Positions 57,195 through 64,000 of a DNA stretch of 64,000 nt are shown here, piece by piece. The stretch comes from a virus. Taxonomy: Duplodnaviria; Caudoviricetes. Every line of letters begins with the position of its first letter. Positions within the stretch are counted from its first letter, which is position 1. The DNA lies in the IMG/VR virus record IMGVR_UViG_3300028805_002025, positions 1 to 64,000 of that record. One strand, 5' to 3'. The notes under the pieces were generated by a model, which saw only the letters and a list, made by a program, of their open reading frames with translations, made no database searches and was not told the DNA's origin. The position numbers and the translations under genes were made by a program.

Positions 57195-57262
57195 AGTATA
57201 ATCGTTTTTATATAAATATCTAAATCCTCCAAAAAAAATACGATTATACCACATTTATTTTG

Positions 57263-57334
57263 TAGGGAACAATTGAGTTGAACAATTACCTGTCGAGTCA
57301 AAGTCGCTTGTGCAGACCGCTACACCAGTTCCCC
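57263..57334 (-). tRNA. tRNA-Gln (TTG)
   Basis: loop CTTTGAC. Confidence 0.8.
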
Positions 57335-57338
57335 ATAT

Positions 57339-57363
57339 TGTGTTACCATTACACCATGTCCCA
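57339..57363 (-). pseudogene. 5' half of a split tRNA-Gln
   Basis: TGGGACA TG GTGT AATGGTA ACAC. Confidence 0.75.
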
Positions 57364-57368
57364 GTATG

Positions 57369-57440
57369 TAGGGGTGGAATGAGTCGAACATTCACCTGTT
57401 GAGTCAAAGTCACTTGTGCAGACCGCTACACCACACCCCC
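57369..57440 (-). tRNA. tRNA-Gln (TTG)
   Basis: loop CTTTGAC. Confidence 0.82.
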
Positions 57441-57560
57441 AGATACGAAAATAGGGTATTCGGATTCCTGTTACAGACCGTAATACCCTGGTGTGCCTTA
57501 CGTTCAAGGCACTAAGCAATAAGTCATTTGACAATGAAGTCAAATACCAATCGACAAAAG

Positions 57561-57655
57561 TACCCCTGGAGGCTCTCGAAACCTCACTCCTACCGTTTAT
57601 CACTTCGGAACACAGATTCTCAACCGTGCGCGTCTTCCCTTTCCACCACAGGGGT
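57561..57655 (-). tRNA. tRNA-Leu (GAG), atypical
   Basis: loop TTGAGAA, long variable arm. Confidence 0.7.
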
Positions 57656-57697
57656 ATATATTGTGGGTATTACGTTCAAGTAACACCCTGTTGTTGC

Positions 57698-57958
57698 TTA
57701 AATACCATCATACATTCCTAATATTTTCTTTATTTTATCTCTTCTTTCTTTGCTCTTAGCTTCTTTATCATCAAACGTCTTAACCCATTCATTACCTTGA
57801 CTGGTAAGCTCCCAGGTCTCGCCATCAATGCTGATACATGATAGCCCACTCAACCTTCCGACACCACTCTCCCCAATTATGGCAGTAAGTTCATCAATGT
57901 CTCCACTACCATTGGTTATAATGGGATGTTGTATCATCTGTTTAAAAGTCAGCTCCAT
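57698..57958 (-). CDS. hypothetical protein
   Basis: likely start MELTFK. Confidence 0.6.
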   Translation of the reverse strand: MELTFKQMIQHPIITNGSGDIDELTAIIGESGVGRLSGLSCISIDGETWELTSQGNEWVKTFDDKEAKSKERRDKIKKILGMYDGI

Positions 57959-57962
57959 AATG

Positions 57963-58045
57963 TACCTCCAGTGAGACTCGAACTCACACGTTTCATAACA
58001 GGGGCCTCTCGAACCCCCCTGTCTACCCGATTCCAGCATAGAGGT
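57963..58045 (-). tRNA. tRNA-Leu (GAG)
   Basis: loop TCGAGAG. Confidence 0.8.
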
Positions 58046-58056
58046 ATGTAAATATG

Positions 58057-58144
58057 TACCCTCGGTGGGACTCGAACCCACACACTACTGTTATTTCGCA
58101 CCAGATTCTTAGTCTGGCATGTCTACCAATTCCATCACAAGGGC
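58057..58144 (-). tRNA. tRNA-Leu (AAG)
   Basis: CCAGA CTAAGAA TCTGG arm. Confidence 0.85.
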
Positions 58145-58276
58145 ATGATGTATCACCTGCTGTGTGAGCCAACGCCCGTACCCGTTGACACTCCGACCCT
58201 GCTCACATCACACATACAGACTGTACTCAAAAGAAGTGCAACATTGGACTTACCTTCTCGGTCTTACAGGTGAATG

Positions 58277-58358
58277 TATCCCTGGTGGGGGTCGAACCCA
58301 CATGTCCTCTCGAACATACGGTCTGAACGTACTGCGTCTACCATTGCGCCACAGAGAT
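58277..58358 (-). tRNA. tRNA-Leu (CAG)
   Basis: loop TTCAGAC. Confidence 0.82.
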
Positions 58359-58364
58359 ATGTTG

Positions 58365-58448
58365 TAGCTCTAGAGGGACTCGAACCCTCACGCCATCGCT
58401 GACACTTGATTTTGAGTCAAGCCTGTCTACCAATTCCAGCATAAAGCC
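58365..58448 (-). tRNA. tRNA-Leu (CAA)
   Basis: loop CTCAAAA. Confidence 0.9.
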
Positions 58449-58531
58449 ATATTAGATTTCGTGACCTACACGAGACCGCTAGTCTCCGTCCTACCACACA
58501 CCATCGCCTCGGCTACTTACATTATGATAAC

Positions 58532-58572
58532 AAAAAAACACCGTGAAACAGTCACTTAACTGAATCACGGTG
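58532..58572 (-). terminator. intrinsic terminator upstream of array C
   Basis: CACCGTGA/TCACGGTG stem plus T7. Confidence 0.75.
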
Positions 58573-58618
58573 CAAAGATATGGATTTTTTTTTAAAAAAC
58601 CAAATTTTTTGTAATTTT

Positions 58619-58750
58619 TTAACGGATAATTCTTTTTTCCGTTCTTAGCCCTCTCACTCCATTTGATGTTGGCCTTGGCTTGTTGATAGCCTCATTTGTT
58701 GGCTTTGGAGCTGCTTGAGCTGCTTGATTCTTTTTACATCCGCATGCCAT
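58619..58750 (-). CDS. 43-aa CxC basic peptide
   Basis: MACGCKKNQAAQAAPKP...RIIR*. Confidence 0.6.
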   Translation of the reverse strand: MACGCKKNQAAQAAPKPTNEAINKPRPTSNGVRGLRTEKRIIR

Positions 58751-59041
58751 AGTTAGTTTAATATTTTAATAACGTTATTATTTTCCTACAGACATGATTG
58801 CATCGTGATATCATGGGTGGAAACTCTGTTCCATCCTTACCTAGCGAGTCGTTGCAATCGTAGCTGACCTGCTGATATCATTATGCTATCACTAATATTC
58901 CTCATATCTGTATTATAAATATAACAATTTATTAAAAATATCAAATAGAAACCCTAAAAAATTATCTTTTTTTCCATTCGATATACAAATTGTAGAACAG
59001 GAAGTATGCCACAAGACTTAAAAAGTCCACAAACAGCATTA

Positions 59042-59470
59042 CTAAGAATTTAACCCTAAATATGCTAAAATAGGTAGAACATTTTTTCTAACTTCTTCTA
59101 TTTCATCTTTAGTGTATTTACTATCTTTACCACTTATAATGTAGTTTGCTTCTTCAAAAGCTGTCCTTGGGGCAGAGTATTTAGTATAACGAGAAGCCTC
59201 CCAATCTATCACAGCAGCAAGCCAATCAACCTTATTCAATCCATAGTGTCTTCCAGAGAAGATATGGTGCTTGTTGTGATACTTATGCCACTTCTGGACT
59301 TTCTTGTAATCACCCCAGATAAGCTTCAGCCAAGGCTTCTCTATATCATGAAGTAAGTACTTTGGCTTCCATACACCAAGCTTCCATGCAACCCAGTTAT
59401 AAGCGAGCCAGTGCCAAAACCAATAATCGAAATTACTTCTCTCTTCCTTTGAAAATTTCTTAAATGTCAT
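59042..59470 (-). CDS. HD-like hypothetical protein
   Basis: HDIEK, HKYHNKHH, VIDW. Confidence 0.65.
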   Translation of the reverse strand: MTFKKFSKEERSNFDYWFWHWLAYNWVAWKLGVWKPKYLLHDIEKPWLKLIWGDYKKVQKWHKYHNKHHIFSGRHYGLNKVDWLAAVIDWEASRYTKYSAPRTAFEEANYIISGKDSKYTKDEIEEVRKNVLPILAYLGLNS

Positions 59471-59792
59471 TTGTTTCGTAATCTAAGTCAATCAATTCGT
59501 TATCAACCTTTTCAACACCGTTTCCGTCAAATTCAAGTGCCCTGTCAATCCTGTCTATCATGCCATTATATGCTTGCAATTTGGTAGGAGCACAAGCAAC
59601 AAGGTAATAAGTGGAATGTCCATCTGATACATTTGGTATATATCCATCTGTCTCATTACCAACATCATAGTTATCAGACTTTTCATTCCCATAATATGTG
59701 TAATTCCACCATCCCTGTAAGGTGTCGCCTGTCATGGGTTTGACTACGAGTTCAAACTCCTTGTCATTTATCTTGATTCTCTTGGGTATCAT
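59460..59792 (-). CDS. hypothetical protein
   Basis: 110-aa ORF. Confidence 0.6.
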   Translation of the reverse strand: MIPKRIKINDKEFELVVKPMTGDTLQGWWNYTYYGNEKSDNYDVGNETDGYIPNVSDGHSTYYLVACAPTKLQAYNGMIDRIDRALEFDGNGVEKVDNELIDLDYETNDI

Positions 59793-60090
59793 ATCCTGGT
59801 ATTTTATTATCCCTGTTCTTACCTACGTGGTATCCGTCACAGAAGAGACACTTGTAGAATGAGAAGTGTACACCACGCTTCTTGGTCATATTCTCAGCAG
59901 CTTTCTGTGCTGACTTCACACTATTGTACATTACTTTAGGTTGACCAGTATGCTGATTAATGTGTGAGTTGATAGAAAACGCACCCCACGCATTACCAGT
60001 GATGAAGAAATTGGTAAACCACCTCTTCCTCTTAATTTGGTCAACTAACCAAATTCTCAAGTTCCTGTATTTAATTCTTGTTCCGAACAT
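59764..60090 (-). CDS. hypothetical protein
   Basis: YKCLFCDGYHVG zinc motif. Confidence 0.6.
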   Translation of the reverse strand: MFGTRIKYRNLRIWLVDQIKRKRWFTNFFITGNAWGAFSINSHINQHTGQPKVMYNSVKSAQKAAENMTKKRGVHFSFYKCLFCDGYHVGKNRDNKIPGYDTQENQDK

Positions 60091-60746
60091 AACGGTTCTC
60101 CAAATTCTTTTTCAAAGCGTTCTTTGCTTTTTTCATATAATTCAGTATACCACTTGACAGTAGTACCATCTGGTAACTTGCAGTTTTCCTTCATTTTCAA
60201 GAGACTTTCTCTTTCACTAGCTTTACGCTTTTCTTTCTCAGCCTCTTCGTCAACACCGACATATTCACATACTTTCCTTGCAATGTATTCGATGTTGTTG
60301 GTTGTAAATAGCGGTATACCATATCTCTTGCAGACAACCCTAACATTGCCGTATCTGTAGAACGTCTTTGGACAGAACACAATAAGCTTATTGGCTCTTG
60401 CGAAGAGTCCAATCTCCATGAGTGATATTGGTGACTTGGAGTCAGCCAAGATGTTCATTACAATCAAGTCGGCTTTCTCCAAGTGGTCTAACTCCCAGTT
60501 AATTTGAATGTCAATCTCACGATAGTTGTCACTGGAAGGCCAATCCTCACGACGTGGATTATATATATGAACTGGTTTGACCAGCTCAATGTTGGACACA
60601 GCGGAAATCAGCTCCTGTTGCCAGTCAGCTGACCCCCCGTTGTCAATTGTACCACCAAGGAATATGTTGAATGGAACTTTACCATCCTCGTTATATTCCA
60701 TGTCATCAATCTTTAATGGTGGTGTGTAGATATCAACTTTGCTCAT
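60057..60746 (-). CDS. nucleoside 2-deoxyribosyltransferase-like protein
   Basis: FLGGTI, NPRR, QINWE, SPISLMEIG. Confidence 0.8.
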   Translation of the reverse strand: MSKVDIYTPPLKIDDMEYNEDGKVPFNIFLGGTIDNGGSADWQQELISAVSNIELVKPVHIYNPRREDWPSSDNYREIDIQINWELDHLEKADLIVMNILADSKSPISLMEIGLFARANKLIVFCPKTFYRYGNVRVVCKRYGIPLFTTNNIEYIARKVCEYVGVDEEAEKEKRKASERESLLKMKENCKLPDGTTVKWYTELYEKSKERFEKEFGEPLCSEQELNTGT

Positions 60747-60945
60747 CCTTTACCTCCTCTATCTTTTCTCGGTAGAATACAAACGTCTTGAGTCTCCCAG
60801 ACCCAGTAACGTGACACAGAATCCATCCCAAATCCCCCAGGTTGTTGAGGTCATTCAATGTCATGTGTTCTGCATTCTTTATCTTATATTCGTACTTCTT
60901 CATACCGTGCAAAGATATAATTTTTTTATTTAATTTACAAGTAAT

Positions 60946-61626
60946 TTACTCTTTTTTTTCTTTTATTAACACTTTATCAGCAATACCAAGGTCAACAGCC
61001 TCCTGTCCTATGAACCAGTTGTTCCTGTCACAGAGTGCTTCCATTTCCTCTAACGATTTTCCAGTGTTATCTGCAAGTATCTTATACACGTCATTCTTGC
61101 ACCTTCTCGTCTGTTCAAGCTCAATCTCAAGGTCTTTCAACACACCCTGTGCTCCGCTACTAACCTGGTGTATCATAACCCTACTGTGAGGTAATACGAA
61201 TCTCTTTCCTTTTACACCATTACTGAGTAGTACTGCACCCATTGATGCCGCCATACCAATACACAGTGTTGATACGTCACAACTAATATAGTTCATTGTG
61301 TCTATGAGTCCAAGCCCATCTATTACACTCCCACCCGCTGAGTTCACATAAAGACTAATATCTCTTTCATCAACGGATGCAAGATATAGCAATTGTGCGA
61401 CTGCTGTATTACAAGTATCATCGTTAACCGTACCCATGAAATACACAATCCTGTCATACATAAGTCTTGAGAACACGTCAAATGTAGCGACGTTCAGCTG
61501 TCTCTCCTCAAGGATATAAGGTGTCAGCAAGTTATTCTGTTTCTTAATCACATCATCCACAACAGATGCGGATGCCTTTGTCTTATCAATGGCGAAATGC
61601 CTAAAGTCCTTTGTTAAATTCTCCAT
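60946..61626 (-). CDS. clpP: Clp protease proteolytic subunit
   Basis: DVFSRL, YVNSAGG, GMAASMG, MIHQ. Confidence 0.95.
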   Translation of the reverse strand: MENLTKDFRHFAIDKTKASASVVDDVIKKQNNLLTPYILEERQLNVATFDVFSRLMYDRIVYFMGTVNDDTCNTAVAQLLYLASVDERDISLYVNSAGGSVIDGLGLIDTMNYISCDVSTLCIGMAASMGAVLLSNGVKGKRFVLPHSRVMIHQVSSGAQGVLKDLEIELEQTRRCKNDVYKILADNTGKSLEEMEALCDRNNWFIGQEAVDLGIADKVLIKEKKE

Positions 61627-61631
61627 ATCTT

Positions 61632-62162
61632 TTAAATTTTACCCATTTCTACTAATGCATTCAATATCAATCCACTTATGTGCTTCGCAGCACCCTCTAT
61701 TGGGAGAGTGGTATAGTCAATCCTATTGTCATCTAAGACCTTCTTGACAACCTTGTCAACCTCCCTGGATTCTTCCTCAGTCTGAACCCTTCCAGCCTCC
61801 TGGTACTCACTTCCCCTCTCAAGAAGGAAATTGTAGTTATCGAACTTGTCGAACTGCTCCATTATAAGCTGGTGGAATGACTGTGAGTTCTCCTTGTCAT
61901 ATACAATGGATATTGGCAGTGGTGAGTCACAGATGATGACATCTACCTTATCCTTCAACCTCCATATCCTGTGGAACTGCTTGCCGAAAATGTAAATCTG
62001 GTCATCCATAGTCCTAAAGGATTCCTCCCAAACCTTGTCCTTAGCAAACTCAAGTGCCATTTCGCAATTTACACCGTGAAGCTTAAGCTCTGCGAACACA
62101 CGAGCAGCTGTGGTGCTCTTTCCTACACCAGGTCCTGCAAACAAATTAATTACTATTGCCAT
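61632..62162 (-). CDS. NadR-like/AAA_28 P-loop kinase
   Basis: GPGVGKST, E.AK, ICDSP, GRVQT. Confidence 0.7.
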   Translation of the reverse strand: MAIVINLFAGPGVGKSTTAARVFAELKLHGVNCEMALEFAKDKVWEESFRTMDDQIYIFGKQFHRIWRLKDKVDVIICDSPLPISIVYDKENSQSFHQLIMEQFDKFDNYNFLLERGSEYQEAGRVQTEEESREVDKVVKKVLDDNRIDYTTLPIEGAAKHISGLILNALVEMGKI

Positions 62163-63055
62163 TACTTACCCCTTTCCTTTGGATATTCGTATACTTTATT
62201 TAATTCCAAGAATTTCTTCCTAAGCTGTTTTGTCTCTTTCTTATCTCTACCAAGAACAAATGCATACTTATGCTTCGATGGAAACTCTATCTTCTTGGCA
62301 TTCTTGAACATTTCCTTAGAGTAGTCCCTTAGTTTCTTCTCCACATCATCTGGTACATTTTCCCATAGCATACATTGGTCAGTGTTCCAGTTCTTCTGCC
62401 ACTCTATACCTAGGTCTTTGGCGTACCTCTTATAGAAGCTCCTAGCCCTAAACGCCCTGTCAGTAACAATCTTCTCTGGATTGTAAGGATTCACACATCT
62501 TACGTTAGTACCACTGCCCTGTCCTAGGTAGAAGAAATTGAGTCCTTGATAAATACTACCAACCTCCTTAGCTTGTGGGTCTGAATAGCAGGTAAACAGT
62601 CTGTATTGTGTATTATCAACCATCCACTTGATGCACCACATAAGGAACTTGCTACCAAGATTCATCGGACACCAGGATGCTGAAGCACCTCTAGCTATCA
62701 ATCTCTCTATCTCTCTTGTATCCTCACCAAGAAGTTTTGAGAAAGCATTTGGCATGCCCATAATGATTACACCTCCAAGTATCCCCTTATATCTTGCTGA
62801 AAACCAATGAGTAGGGAATGACCCAACAGTGCCAAGCCACTCGTATCTCTTTATGAACTCTGTGGCTTCCTCCTTTTCTTCTTTAGACTCTATGAATGTG
62901 AACTCGAAATCGTCAAGGCTTATACCAGCCACATATTCCTCAGTCCATCCATACTTGTCCATATCCTCCTGTAGGGTGTCAAGCCTTTTCTGGTACTGGT
63001 AACACCAGGGTTTATCATACTCTGCTATCTTATTGAGTAGTTTTATATCACTCAT
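62162..63055 (-). CDS. Mom-like (GNAT-fold) DNA modification protein
   Basis: YSDPQAKEVGSIYQGLNFFYLG resembles the Mom motif. Confidence 0.6.
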   Translation of the reverse strand: MSDIKLLNKIAEYDKPWCYQYQKRLDTLQEDMDKYGWTEEYVAGISLDDFEFTFIESKEEKEEATEFIKRYEWLGTVGSFPTHWFSARYKGILGGVIIMGMPNAFSKLLGEDTREIERLIARGASASWCPMNLGSKFLMWCIKWMVDNTQYRLFTCYSDPQAKEVGSIYQGLNFFYLGQGSGTNVRCVNPYNPEKIVTDRAFRARSFYKRYAKDLGIEWQKNWNTDQCMLWENVPDDVEKKLRDYSKEMFKNAKKIEFPSKHKYAFVLGRDKKETKQLRKKFLELNKVYEYPKERGK

Positions 63056-63103
63056 GATTTAAGATGTTAAAAGGGAGCTTTACCCAAGCCCCCTTGTTAT
63101 TAA

Positions 63104-63808
63104 TTAGGTGCTGCTAAGCTTGATACCAAGGTCTTTCTCATACTCAGCTGTGTTCTTTGTTGCCTCTTCATCAAGAGTTGCTGCGAATGCAAGCGTTGTG
63201 TCTGCCAACGATGCTCCTGTTGCTGCCATACTCCTATATGCGTTGGTTGCACAGTTGATAATGTTGTAATTGTTAGCGAACTTAGACCTTGAGCTGAATG
63301 TCTTGAACTTGAATCCAAGGGCATCAGCAGCCTTTGTAGTTGTGATATCAGTACCCATATAGATGAACTCCCATGAATACTTTTCAGTCTGCTCCTTAAT
63401 CTTAGCCTGTACCTGTGCCAAGGTGTACTCCTTTGAGGCATTCTCCATGCCATCAGTCATTACGACTACAAGGGTTTTACCAGGCATTTCAGCATTCACC
63501 CTGTCTTTCTCGTAAAGCCACTTTCCAACCTCATCGATTGCAGTACCGATACCGTCATTCATTGCAGTCATACCATCTGGAGAATAGTGGAACTCCTCAA
63601 TCTCATTGATGTCCTTTCCAAGATATACCTGCTTTACGTTCTCATTGAAGGTGTAGAGTGATACAGTCACCTTACCATCCTTATTTGCTTTCTGCTCCTC
63701 GATTGTCTTCTTGAAGCCTCCGATAACATCCTCCCTTGATGAGAACATGCTACCACTCTTGTCGATTACAAAGACAAGATTAATCCAATTAACATTGATG
63801 TTACCCAT
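63104..63808 (-). CDS. vWA domain protein
   Basis: DKSGSM, GMTAMND, MTDGMENAS. Confidence 0.88.
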   Translation of the reverse strand: MGNINVNWINLVFVIDKSGSMFSSREDVIGGFKKTIEEQKANKDGKVTVSLYTFNENVKQVYLGKDINEIEEFHYSPDGMTAMNDGIGTAIDEVGKWLYEKDRVNAEMPGKTLVVVMTDGMENASKEYTLAQVQAKIKEQTEKYSWEFIYMGTDITTTKAADALGFKFKTFSSRSKFANNYNIINCATNAYRSMAATGASLADTTLAFAATLDEEATKNTAEYEKDLGIKLSST

Positions 63809-64000
63809 TTAGTTTAAACTATTTAAATCCTTATTTTTGTCATACATTATTTTGACATTGCCGTTGCTGTCCACAGCAACATTTGCGTTGTCTATGAGGG
63901 CGAACGCTTTCTTCCTCTCCTCTGGACTTTCCATGAGCTTAGGATACTCCTTTAACAGCTCTCTCTTAGCCTTGAGTCTAAGTTTCTCGCTCTTCTTTCT

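Noticed and set aside
1-64000. Amber-recoded genetic code (code 15, as in Lak phages)
   Set aside because: Long conserved genes are intact in the standard code, TAG ends some ORFs (e.g. 12833, 45468, 59042), and no CTA-anticodon tRNA was found.
1-64000. Bacterial chromosome origin
   Set aside because: Dense small unknown ORFs, homing endonucleases, atypical tRNA arrays and housekeeping genes out of their operon context point to a large phage, although no virion genes lie in this window.

Overview
A 64-kb segment of a large (jumbo/mega) phage infecting a Bacteroidetes host, probably Prevotella-like. Bacteroidetes TAnnTTTG/TTTG promoters recur throughout, and the standard genetic code is used. 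Almost everything is on the minus strand. The window holds about 50 tRNA genes in three arrays (A ~1.1-14.1 kb, B ~15.6-23.5 kb, C ~56.3-58.5 kb), a tmRNA, a probable GOLLD RNA and many tRNA-like or structured RNAs. It also has host-like translation, stress and NAD genes (PTH2-like, RtcB, TyrRS, IF3, sigma70, DnaK/DnaJ, ClpP, NadE, NMNAT, TelA, OmpA, SSB) and several homing endonucleases. Main discoveries: (1) short unannotated leader peptides coupled to terminator/antiterminator switches sit upstream of arrays A and B, and the amino acids of each leader's sensor segment match the tRNA set of its own array, suggesting tRNA-shortage-sensing attenuation; (2) twelve ACAGCA-stem small RNAs carry circularly permuted or partial tRNA mimics (Y-RNA/YrlA-like), with a TROVE/vWA-like DUF2828 protein and RtcB in the same window; (3) a ~270-nt RNA mimics the 23S rRNA GTPase centre, with an insert resembling the peptidyl-transferase centre; (4) a five-copy family of novel tRNA-shaped RNAs. 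All calls were made by eye; tRNA/ncRNA coordinates are accurate to a few nt.
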